Shown: piece by piece, positions 8,947 through 16,988 of the stretch
How the letters are laid out: every line of letters starts with the position of its first letter
How positions within the stretch are numbered: the stretch's first letter is position 1
Source of the DNA: a virus
Taxonomy: Duplodnaviria > Caudoviricetes
Virus record (IMG/VR): IMGVR_UViG_3300044637_001287
Span: 1 to 24,669 of that record
DNA: 24,669 bases
Reading direction: 5' to 3' (one strand)
Program-made: the position numbers and the translations under genes
Notes under the pieces: model-generated
Databases searched by the model: none
What the model was told of the DNA's origin: nothing
What the model saw: only the letters and a program-made list of their open reading frames with translations

Positions 8947-10786
8947 CTTGTCCTCCTTGCATAGCCGCTAACAACTGTTGAACATTCGCACGAGGATCTT
9001 GAGGGGGTCCAGCCTGTGGAGGTGGAGCCTGAGCCTGAGCCTGTTGCATAGCCATCATCTGCTCTGGAGGTCCAGCCATACCAGGCATAGCCTCAGGTGG
9101 AGCAACCATTCCTTCGGGAGCTGGCGGTGCTTCTGACGCTTGACGCTTACGCATTTCATCATCAGCCATAGCAACAGCATCAAAAATATCTTTGCCTTCC
9201 GACAAATACTTCTTAATCATCGTAGAAGCAATTAACGGCAACTCGCCAGTCAAAAGCTTTTGAAGAACACTTTGACGCAAGGCATCATCAAAGTCCTCGT
9301 CCTGCACAAGACGTTCTTCAGCCTCATGGTCATCAATGTACGGGTGCATAGCCCTGAAGGTGCGACCCGAAATGGCTTTAGCACCACGCAAAGACCCAAG
9401 GATCTGTGTCTGTTGCATAACATCAGCACCAGGAAGGTTATACGAAACTGTGTTATCTAACAGTTCTATGTGTTCCTGCGGCGTAAATGTGACAATACCT
9501 TTGTCTCCAGCCCATCCAGAGTACATTGAATACTTCTTGTCAGGCCAATACGCTTTATAGGTAGAAAGAATTGCTGAGTTAAGATGTGGTAGCCACGCTT
9601 CACTGATTTCGTGAAGTTCTTGGATGCGCGGATCAACAGCCATACCGGCCATAGCGTCCATACCACGACCAGTACGCAAAGCACCGTAAGTCTCACCACC
9701 AAATTGTGGAACCAAGCCCGTTGAGGTGCGGAAGTTGCGTTCAAGACGGTCAATGGTTTGCGTGGTCCTAATGTCTGGCGTGGATCGAATCTGACCGATG
9801 GACTCAACGTCCTGTAGCAAGTTGATTTCACCTTCACGACCATCTTTCCATTGTCCACCAATAATACGAGGCATTCCACCCGAACGCCCAATAGCGTACA
9901 TGTCAGGCCAAATAGCTTTTTCTTGGGCAAGAATGTCTAGTGCCATAAGTCTTGCTTGTAGGTCTACGTTGCCAAGCATTGATCCAATACGGCTTGCGAT
10001 GCGTCCGAGGCTCACGTTGTGGGGTACTACGGCTGGCATCATGCCGATACGGTTCGGATAACTTGGTGATAACTGTTGCCATGGGGTAATCCATGGGCGT
10101 TCGCTTGACATGCGACGGTCATCAAATACTGGTCCGATGATGCCGAATACGGTTTGATCTAGGTCGTACCATTCAACACATTCCCAAAGGTCACGGTAGT
10201 CGTCTTTGTGGATTGGTCCGCCTACTTCTTGGCGTGATTGTGGATAGACACGACGTAAGAATTCGGCTGAGTGGCGGGTAACAAAGGCTACATATTCGGG
10301 TTGCCGTAGTTCTTCGTTGGCTGTTGGCTCAATATAGGTGCCGAGTGGGTCACGGATCTCAATGCGGGGAATGCCTGCATTAAAGTCTGGGATAACGACA
10401 AGACTGCAAGTGTGGTAGGCGGCTAGTTGGCGGTAGTAGCGACGACGACCGAGGTTCCATTTAGAATTTGAGTAGGTTGCTGCTACGATCTTGCGTCGTT
10501 TGTCAGCATATTCACGGGACCTGCGACCGCTATCTTTCATGGGGTCAATGGCAGGAAACACGTTATTCGGGCGTACCGAAGCGGCTCGCATAGCCATATT
10601 GTCTACGGCTTCAGCAATAAGTGCTGGTGTTAGGGGTGGAAGATTTGGTTCTTTGTCAATATCGGGCATAGGAAGAATCCAGTCGCCGTCATAACGATCA
10701 AGAATATCCTTCATACGGTTAAGTACAGGACCTTGCATTGTTTGCAAGTCCTTTACTATGCGTGTTATTTCATCGAATGATCTCAA
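8939..10786 (-). CDS. Portal protein (about 615 aa)
   Basis: Large ORF directly after the terminase, with a P/Q/M-rich C-terminal tail typical of podovirus-type portals. The start was moved from 10855 to TTG at 10786, which has a TTGA overlap with the terminase stop and an AGGAG RBS at 10798-10794. Confidence 0.8.
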   Translation of the reverse strand: MRSFDEITRIVKDLQTMQGPVLNRMKDILDRYDGDWILPMPDIDKEPNLPPLTPALIAEAVDNMAMRAASVRPNNVFPAIDPMKDSGRRSREYADKRRKIVAATYSNSKWNLGRRRYYRQLAAYHTCSLVVIPDFNAGIPRIEIRDPLGTYIEPTANEELRQPEYVAFVTRHSAEFLRRVYPQSRQEVGGPIHKDDYRDLWECVEWYDLDQTVFGIIGPVFDDRRMSSERPWITPWQQLSPSYPNRIGMMPAVVPHNVSLGRIASRIGSMLGNVDLQARLMALDILAQEKAIWPDMYAIGRSGGMPRIIGGQWKDGREGEINLLQDVESIGQIRSTPDIRTTQTIDRLERNFRTSTGLVPQFGGETYGALRTGRGMDAMAGMAVDPRIQELHEISEAWLPHLNSAILSTYKAYWPDKKYSMYSGWAGDKGIVTFTPQEHIELLDNTVSYNLPGADVMQQTQILGSLRGAKAISGRTFRAMHPYIDDHEAEERLVQDEDFDDALRQSVLQKLLTGELPLIASTMIKKYLSEGKDIFDAVAMADDEMRKRQASEAPPAPEGMVAPPEAMPGMAGPPEQMMAMQQAQAQAPPPQAGPPQDPRANVQQLLAAMQGGQGA

Positions 10787-12540
10787 ACTTTTGCTCCTAG
10801 TGGAATTACTAACCCTGTTCTGGTACCTGACCAGGGTATTCCTTTGACTCTCCACGTTTCACTCGTATTAGTTTCTATGGGTTGTTTCCATCTTTGTCGC
10901 CAAAGAATCCATACAAACCATAGTGCCATTACTCTGTCTTGCCTAAGTTTACTACCTCTAGCACCTGGCCTCCATGCCTTTAGTTGCCTACATAGTTCCC
11001 CTATTTCAGTTCTAGTATAGTCATCTCCCGCCCATGGTAACACAATTTCTTGTCGCATGAATGACTCGCACATAGATGCTACACCTACTGACTCATCATA
11101 TTTGTTCCAGCCAGTAATATGTTCGCGCATTGCGAACCCGTAGTGTTGCTGCATTTCTAGCAATCTTTCATCTCTTGCTAGGCCGGCTTGGAAGTTTTTA
11201 GTTTCGATTACTACGTCTGTTACTCGTCCTGTTAGGTTACAGGACTGAATGACGCTATCTAATGCTTGCATAATCTGTTCGTTGCGTCGGAATCCTACAT
11301 CTTCACGGATGCGTCGGACAATAAGTTTTCCTTCAGGGCTCACTTCGCAGGCAATCACACAGTTTTGTGACCCTAATGCAGGGTCTAAACCTACATAAAC
11401 AATGTTGTCGGTAGGTATTTCATGCTTTAACGAGATTAGAGGGTTTAAACATTCGTCAACCATCTCATCTGTAAAGGTTCGGTTGCTGTTTGATGACCCT
11501 GGGGATTGCATATAGTTGCGATCCCAAGCTTCTTGACCTACTTTGCGTCGCTGACGGTCCAACATGTCTAGTGTGTAGCGTTCAGGCCATAGTGGTTTCT
11601 GTTCACCACTCTCAAAATCGGTGATGATTGCCTTAAACTTGATGACTTTGAGGATGCCCTGTAAGTCTGTGTCGTCGGCTAGGCGACTGTAGATGTCATC
11701 TTCACCCACACGAGTGCCAGCAATAGTAGTAATACCGTGTTCGCCTGGGCGTGTGAGTGCGTCCTGACGAAACCAGTCCTCAATCTTGTTGGTTTGCGTA
11801 TATGTTTTGACAGATTGAATGTCGTCAACATGAAGATGGTCGGTACGAGTTGAAACGATTGATGATCCAACACCAAGAGCCATCATCGTATAGTCACGCT
11901 CATCATGATGTGACTTCTTGTAGACGTTAAAGTGGTCTGCACCCCACGGTTGAGCCACTTTGCCTTGCCCTAAACCTACTGGTGGACGGAAAGGACCCCA
12001 TCGTTCCACATATTTAGGGAACGGACCGCCTGGTTCCATACGGTTCTTGATACGACCGATGATCTTTCGGGCGATTGATTGGTTTTCTGAAGCTACTGTC
12101 TGCCTACGGTTGGGATGTAACGCAACCATTTCGGACACATAGTTTTCATATGTGGTCGTTTTACCATGTTCCGGTGGCCAGAGTGCCATAAGAATATTAC
12201 CTGGTGGTAGATTCTCTAGTTCTTGTAGGAATATGAGTTGGAACCACGCATATTCCATATCAAAGTATTCTTTGGCAAAAGAAGCGTGAGTACCGTTGTA
12301 CTCACCTTCTTCTTGTGCCTCGTTTGCACGGATACGGTCTACTTCGGCAGCAAACTTCTTATCTCGCTTACGCCACTGGCGGTATGCCTCGTATCCGACA
12401 CCAACTATTTTTAAAGCTTCTTGTAGCGGAACTTGTGCTTGCGTTAATTGCAAAAACTGTTGCTGTCGCTGTACTGCACGCGAGTGATGTGCGTTAGCGG
12501 CTAAAGCTTTTTTGATGGTTGGTTCATTCAGGTGTTTCAA
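10783..12540 (-). CDS. terL: Terminase large subunit with N-terminal TerS-like HTH; true start uncertain
   Basis: Walker A PPEHGKTT, Walker B LHVDDI, GTR motif, nuclease motifs VGLDPALG and QDRVMAL. Lies upstream of the portal. Confidence 0.93.
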   Translation of the reverse strand: MKHLNEPTIKKALAANAHHSRAVQRQQQFLQLTQAQVPLQEALKIVGVGYEAYRQWRKRDKKFAAEVDRIRANEAQEEGEYNGTHASFAKEYFDMEYAWFQLIFLQELENLPPGNILMALWPPEHGKTTTYENYVSEMVALHPNRRQTVASENQSIARKIIGRIKNRMEPGGPFPKYVERWGPFRPPVGLGQGKVAQPWGADHFNVYKKSHHDERDYTMMALGVGSSIVSTRTDHLHVDDIQSVKTYTQTNKIEDWFRQDALTRPGEHGITTIAGTRVGEDDIYSRLADDTDLQGILKVIKFKAIITDFESGEQKPLWPERYTLDMLDRQRRKVGQEAWDRNYMQSPGSSNSNRTFTDEMVDECLNPLISLKHEIPTDNIVYVGLDPALGSQNCVIACEVSPEGKLIVRRIREDVGFRRNEQIMQALDSVIQSCNLTGRVTDVVIETKNFQAGLARDERLLEMQQHYGFAMREHITGWNKYDESVGVASMCESFMRQEIVLPWAGDDYTRTEIGELCRQLKAWRPGARGSKLRQDRVMALWFVWILWRQRWKQPIETNTSETWRVKGIPWSGTRTGLVIPLGAKV

Positions 12541-12688
12541 TATTTTCCACTACGTCAGTATTGGCGGTTTCTTCCGCTGGTACTAACTGTTGTAGAACTG
12601 TCTGCAAGATTGCGATCTGCTGTGCTTGCATAGCAATTTGTGTTGATAGGTTTTCGATGACTTTGTTGAAGTCGATCTGGTTATTCAT
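12524..12688 (-). CDS. Small coiled-coil hypothetical protein (54 aa), below the ORF-track cutoff
   Basis: AGGAGG RBS, ATG at 12688, MNNQIDFNKVIENLSTQIAMQAQQIAILQTVLQQLVPAEETANTDVVENIETPE, TGA at 12526-12524. Fills the gap between neighbouring genes. Confidence 0.8.
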   Translation of the reverse strand: MNNQIDFNKVIENLSTQIAMQAQQIAILQTVLQQLVPAEETANTDVVENIETPE

Positions 12689-12697
12689 TTTGCCCTC

Positions 12698-12940
12698 CTA
12701 GGGTATTTGTGGAAATACTGGTGTTAAATCAGATGGTTCGTATGTAGCCATAAAGTCTCTTAACTCTTGACGATATGCAGACCATGCTTCTTTATCAACT
12801 ATAACATCAGACAGTTGACTAAAGTCGGATTGCACCAAAAGCGCATTACGATATTGTCGTACCAAATCAATTTTTTGTTCGTCTGAATATGTTGTGCAAA
12901 AATCGTTATACATTGGCAATTGGTTAAAATCTATTAACAT
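12698..12940 (-). CDS. Tail fibre assembly chaperone (Phage_tail_APC-like)
   Basis: RxxRNxLLxxSDxxQLxD...WxxYRQxLRD pattern (VRQYRNALLVQSDFSQLSD...WSAYRQELRD), directly after the tail fibre gene. Confidence 0.8.
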   Translation of the reverse strand: MLIDFNQLPMYNDFCTTYSDEQKIDLVRQYRNALLVQSDFSQLSDVIVDKEAWSAYRQELRDFMATYEPSDLTPVFPQIP

Positions 12941-12948
12941 GTTCCCTC

Positions 12949-14661
12949 TTATGTTTTGATGATGTAATTAAGAACTATATATGGTTGAAGGTTGTTATGT
13001 GCGCTACCGCTACCAGCATTTTGGTTGGTTGCTGTCGTAGCAATGTTGGTCGGAGTTTGGTTGTTGACCGTAATACCAGTCGTATTGCTGTTGACGTTTG
13101 GTGTGCTAGGAAAACTGCCAGTATTGGTTGACGTGTTAGCAGCAGAAACAAACGCAGTTGAGTAAAATAATGTCCATTGATTAAAGCTGTGTATGTGACC
13201 AGGGTCAGTAATTGTGTGAGTGTGAGCATTTTGAGTATGGTTGTGACTATCTTGCGTGTGAGTGTGAACAGGCATTTCTGCGCTAGTCAAAGTATGAGTC
13301 TTAGCACCACCCGTTTCACCCATACTGTCAAACGAAACATCGGCAGAATCACGGCCAACAGGAACTTTACCTTTTAAGTTAGGAACATTGAACGTTGTAG
13401 AACCATCACCAACACCATAAGTAGTGCTAATTACAGCAAACAAGGCCGCATAAGTAGTACGACTGACAGCAGTACCATCGCACAACAACCAAGATGTAGG
13501 AGCAGTAGTAGTCGCCCACATATTAATAACACCCGCAGGCACAAAACCTGCGTAAGAAGTATCAACAGCAATAGTTGCAGAAGATCCTTCAGATGGTGTA
13601 TGTGTTACTGCAATACCTGTACTAGCAGTAACACCTGACATATAGTTGCCTGTAGTATCAGTTCCAAGTGCAATTGATCCACTAAGCGCAATAGTACCAT
13701 CTGCATTAGGTAATAATATAGTTCTATCAGCAGTAGGGTCTACACAATAAAGATACGTTTGGTTAGTATCAGTTGTTGCGCCTTCAAAATAAATACCGTG
13801 GGTATTAGGTAAAAGAATACCATGAATAACAGGTGTTTGACCAGTTGCTGTAATAGTTGGACCGTTAATGATTGGTGTAGTTAAAGTTTTGTTAGTTAAA
13901 GTATCTGTCGTATTTCTACCAACTAGTGTGTCAGAAACATTAGGGATTAATGTTGTTGAATCAATCCAGTTAGTACCATCAAAATAAAGAGTTGATCCTG
14001 TAGCTGGTGTTGTAATAACAACATCCGTAAGGTCATCCAACACAATAGAACCAACAGAACCTGTAGCACCAGTTGCTCCCGTAGCACCTGTGGCTCCTGT
14101 GGCTCCTGTAGCGCCAGTTGGACCAGCAGGTCCTGTTGGTCCAACATCTCCTTGGATACCTTGGATACCTTGGATCCCCTGAATACCTTGTGCACCTGTA
14201 GCACCCGTAGCACCGGTCAAACCAATTGGTCCTTGAGGACCAGTCGGACCAGTAGCACCAGTAAGACCAGTAGCACCTGTTAAGCCAATTGGTCCAGTAG
14301 CACCCGTAGCGCCTGTTTGTCCCGTAGGACCCGTTGGGCCAGTGGCACCAACAACACCTTCGGGGACAGTAAAGTTAAAAATTGCGGCAGAGGACGAACC
14401 CGAATTCGTCACTACTGCCGCTGTACCAGGAGCGCCAGTCGTCGTCGCCCCGACAGCGACCGTGGCAGCAGTCCCAGTAACACCCTGAATACCTTGAATT
14501 CCCTGAATACCTTGAATGCCCGTTAATCCACGGGAACCATGCTCAATAACAATGGTGGTATCGGAACCAATAACAGTAGACGAGTTACCATTAACATCAC
14601 TAGTTGTATAAACAATAGTGGTGTCATCGGAAACAGGTTTAACTACTGTCGAATCATGCAC
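12949..14661 (-). CDS. Tail fibre protein with collagen repeats and phage tail collar domain
   Basis: Gly-X-Y runs, collar motif PAGVINMW...[21 protein letters not shown]...[13 protein letters not shown], HxH repeats and C-terminal [15 protein letters not shown]. Confidence 0.9.
   Translation of the reverse strand: MHDSTVVKPVSDDTTIVYTTSDVNGNSSTVIGSDTTIVIEHGSRGLTGIQGIQGIQGIQGVTGTAATVAVGATTTGAPGTAAVVTNSGSSSAAIFNFTVPEGVVGATGPTGPTGQTGATGATGPIGLTGATGLTGATGPTGPQGPIGLTGATGATGAQGIQGIQGIQGIQGDVGPTGPAGPTGATGATGATGATGATGATGSVGSIVLDDLTDVVITTPATGSTLYFDGTNWIDSTTLIPNVSDTLVGRNTTDTLTNKTLTTPIINGPTITATGQTPVIHGILLPNTHGIYFEGATTDTNQTYLYCVDPTADRTILLPNADGTIALSGSIALGTDTTGNYMSGVTASTGIAVTHTPSEGSSATIAVDTSYAGFVPAGVINMWATTTAPTSWLLCDGTAVSRTTYAALFAVISTTYGVGDGSTTFNVPNLKGKVPVGRDSADVSFDSMGETGGAKTHTLTSAEMPVHTHTQDSHNHTQNAHTHTITDPGHIHSFNQWTLFYSTAFVSAANTSTNTGSFPSTPNVNSNTTGITVNNQTPTNIATTATNQNAGSGSAHNNLQPYIVLNYIIKT
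14057..14535 (-). repeat. Collagen-like Gly-X-Y repeats (GIQ, GAT, GPT) within the tail fibre
   Basis: 9-bp periodic repeats such as ccttggata and cctgtagca. Boundaries are approximate. Confidence 0.9.
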
Positions 14662-14998
14662 GACTAATATCCGCCTCTACTTCGGCTTCACCCTCAAACC
14701 GAGTATGGACACTACCGTCAGAATATGTTCGTTGCACATCATAAAAATAGACACCTACAGCAAGAGCAGCAGTCTGGGTAGCGGTCAAACTAAACTCCCA
14801 GGAACCCTGAGCAGCATTAATAATAGTTGTTGTAAAAGTAGCTACAACTGTGGCCGACTCAGAATCGGAACGGATCTGAATTAGAAACGTATTGCCTGTA
14901 AGATTAGAAAGAGTACCGTCATCATCATATTCGGTAACGGTATGCGTATAGGTATCACCACGACGGATACGAATCTTTCTTTTCGGGACACGAGCCAT
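14654..14998 (-). CDS. BppU N-terminal-like tail/baseplate adaptor protein
   Basis: IRRGDT...[12 protein letters not shown]...G...LTATQTA.L..G.Y.YDVQ pattern of beta-sandwich proteins that precede tail fibres. Confidence 0.7.
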   Translation of the reverse strand: MARVPKRKIRIRRGDTYTHTVTEYDDDGTLSNLTGNTFLIQIRSDSESATVVATFTTTIINAAQGSWEFSLTATQTAALAVGVYFYDVQRTYSDGSVHTRFEGEAEVEADISRA

Positions 14999-15004
14999 AG
15001 CTAC

Positions 15005-15208
15005 CTAACTTTCAAATCGATCCCCACACCACGGACAATATATCACACCAAGAACACAATCCATCAACCTAGCATGAACCTCAGCGGAGTCAGCGTCATG
15101 TTCCCGTTTACTCCGTTTAAATGTAAAGGGCGAAGCCCATCTCCCTTCAAGATACGCAACCAAACATATATCTTCAAAAATGATGGCAGAAGAAGTGGAA
15201 GATGACAT
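15005..15208 (-). CDS. Small hypothetical protein with C-terminal CPWC (67 aa), probably leaderless
   Basis: ATG at 15208 is 6 nt downstream of a -10 box. Ends YCPWCGDRFES. The stop is 6 nt before the next gene. Confidence 0.6.
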   Translation of the reverse strand: MSSSTSSAIIFEDICLVAYLEGRWASPFTFKRSKREHDADSAEVHARLMDCVLGVIYCPWCGDRFES

Positions 15209-15223
15209 ACCCCTATGATACCA
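15209..15223 (-). promoter_or_regulatory. Extended -10 promoter (TGnTATCAT) for the leftward operon, leaderless
   Basis: Minus strand reads TGG-TATCAT-AGGGGT-ATG. Leaderless starts are common in Actinobacteria. Confidence 0.55.
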
Positions 15224-15299
15224 TCTCCCACAGGAAGCGTCTCTAAAGAAATTTTTTTGTAGATGCACCATACAGCTTACGCTCACAACTGATCACCGA

Positions 15300-15500
15300 C
15301 AAGAAGCAGAAGAGGCTTCTAACAGACCCGCCCCCTTGCACGGGGACAGAGGATGACACACCGAAAGGTGGGTAGACCTTCGCACTTGATGCGAGGGAGC
15401 AGCGTCCAAACGTCACAAATGAATCTGGTTCTCCGTCCTGCAACACCGGCCACCACAACAGATATGTTGAAACGGTGGGGGGATAAACCCACAACCCACT
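15300..15500 (+). ncRNA. Candidate structured non-coding RNA of unknown family
   Basis: Consecutive stems, including CACC-GAAA-GGTG and CCTTCGCA/TGCGAGGG, closed by AGGATG/CGTCCT. G-U pairs and the GNRA loop favour the + strand. Confidence 0.4.
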
Positions 15501-16189
15501 CCTCCAGGCTTTTAAATAAGTAAACAATGTCACTGTCACAGAAATACCAAAATAGACAGGACGATTATATATGTGACGGGGTGCTGGCACATCGGTGAAT
15601 GAGATTCCTATCTACTCTACTTAGCCTTTCCCGTCTGCTCGTCAGCGACCCACGTTGTGGGTCACTTCCTCACCGACCCCCCTGGGGGCATCGGTGGTAA
15701 CACCCATCGGCGACGACCACGCCTAACAACGCCGTCAAGCAAGCGCCGACCACGTTGACACCACCCCGTCGGCTTCGGCGCAAGGTCAACCACCACCGTA
15801 CCAGCATCACACAGCACACGACTGTCTGTTGGTGGTGTGTGAGCAGGTGTGTTGTGTTTGCTTTACTTGTTGTCTGTACGCTTGTCTGTGTGGTGGTTGT
15901 ACCCTGTTTGGGGGCGGTCTGAGCCGAGGTCTCAGACACTGCGGTCGGAGCCCCAAAGGGCGGGTCTCCGCCACGAGGGCAAGGTCAAGGGACAGGTCAA
16001 GTGCGCGGGACACCCGCACCCGTCACGCTCGCTGAGGCGAGCCTTTCCTTCAAACCCTAGATCTTCGTTCGTACCTCACTCAATACAAGATCAAAACCAG
16101 ATCAAAACCTTTTGCCTGTGTCTTGTGTGCGGTATTGCCACAGTTCGCAGGCTCACTATGCCAAACCCCACACGACACCGACAAATATC

Positions 16190-16230
16190 AACCGATTAAC
16201 CGATAAACCGATTAACCGATATTACCGATT
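16190..16230. repeat. Tandem 8-bp repeat AACCGATW x4 plus one degenerate copy
   Basis: aaccgatt aaccgata aaccgatt aaccgata t taccgatt. Confidence 0.9.
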
Positions 16231-16409
16231 CGCCCGTGACCAGCGCAATATACAAGGACACCATCGACCCCCAAGTGCGGGGTCAATGTTGTCCTGAGGC
16301 TACGCCTCGCGCTTCTGATGCTGTGGTACGGTGCCCAAGAGTGTAGCGACGGCTGTCTCCTCGTGTCAAATCGTGTAAAGGTCGGGAGGGCACCGACCGC
16401 CACGATTAT

Positions 16410-16470
16410 ACATTTTTTGTAAAAACTTTTTGACGGTAGGGCGTTTGTCAAAAACTTTTGAAAAAAATGT
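16410..16470. repeat. AT-rich imperfect inverted repeat with ~24-bp arms
   Basis: acattttttgtaaaaactttttgac (16410-16434) versus gtcaaaaacttttgaaaaaaatgt (16447-16470). Confidence 0.8.
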
Positions 16471-16478
16471 GACACTCG

Positions 16479-16520
16479 TTTTTTTCACGGCGGAGCTTCG
16501 CTCTCCCGCCGCAAAAAAAA
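16479..16520. terminator. GC hairpin preceded by T7 and followed by A8; terminator-like or long stem-loop
   Basis: T7-CA-CGGCGG...CCGCCG-C-A8. The tracts are the reverse of the usual intrinsic-terminator arrangement (A-tract follows the stem on both strands), so they may simply extend the stem. Confidence 0.25.
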
Positions 16521-16620
16521 TGCTGGAACTGGTTCTCGCTATTTACACAGGGAGTTTCTTGAGTCTTTTAGGGATGGGCAACCCGTACCACCGAGGTGCG
16601 GGATGACTAAAGGAGTTCAA

Positions 16621-16713
16621 ATGATATTACTTTTCTTTTTCTTTTCTTTTTTTTCTTTTTTTCTAATTTATGTAATGTTCAATCAACTATCAACACTAAG
16701 GAGTTCACGATGA
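16621..16713 (+). CDS. Putative Phe-rich mini-protein or leader peptide (30 aa)
   Basis: AAGGAG RBS, MILLFFFFSFFSFFLIYVMFNQLSTLRSSR, and a TGA overlapping the ATG at 16710 (ATGA). Confidence 0.4.
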   Translation: MILLFFFFSFFSFFLIYVMFNQLSTLRSSR

Positions 16714-16988
16714 ATACGGAATTGGCAGTAAACGACTTCGCGTTACTTGACTATCTCTTGAGTAGTCAAGGCGTTGTAAGTCAGTCAGCAGAAGATGAGT
16801 TCTTTGACTCAATCGCAGATGAACCCGAGGTAATGACTAGCGTTGCTGGTTACTGCCTGTATACAACTGTTTACATCTATCCTAACGGTTTCACGACAAC
16901 CAAGGTTCAGAGAATGTTCACGACTCACGGTTTAGACCGAACAGTCACCATCTACATCAACAACAACGGAAAGCGAGTTCAATCATGA
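16710..16988 (+). CDS. Hypothetical protein (92 aa)
   Basis: AAGGAG RBS, ATG start, ATGA overlap with the next gene. Confidence 0.75.
   Translation: MNTELAVNDFALLDYLLSSQGVVSQSAEDEFFDSIADEPEVMTSVAGYCLYTTVYIYPNGFTTTKVQRMFTTHGLDRTVTIYINNNGKRVQS

Noticed and set aside
10787-10855. N-terminal extension of the portal in the ORF track
   Set aside because: It overlaps terL by about 70 nt. TTG 10786 has an AGGAG RBS and a stop-start overlap.
15345-15400. Hammerhead ribozyme or tRNA
   Set aside because: GGATGA and GAAA are present, but there is no CUGAUGA core in the correct arrangement and no cloverleaf or TTC loop.
16190-16230. CRISPR array
   Set aside because: 8-bp tandem units with no spacers.
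16430-16460. Convergent sigma70 promoters from TTGACG (+) and TTGACA (-)
   Set aside because: No acceptable -10 hexamer at 16-18 bp on either strand.
15243-16475. Several 60-116 aa ORFs in the intergenic region
   Set aside because: Overlapping, low-complexity, lacking RBSs and atypical in composition. They are better explained as non-coding structure.
16490-16499. GCGGAGCTTC resembling an N4 virion-RNAP hairpin promoter
   Set aside because: The stem around GGA is only 2-3 bp, it occurs once, and no vRNAP motifs were found.
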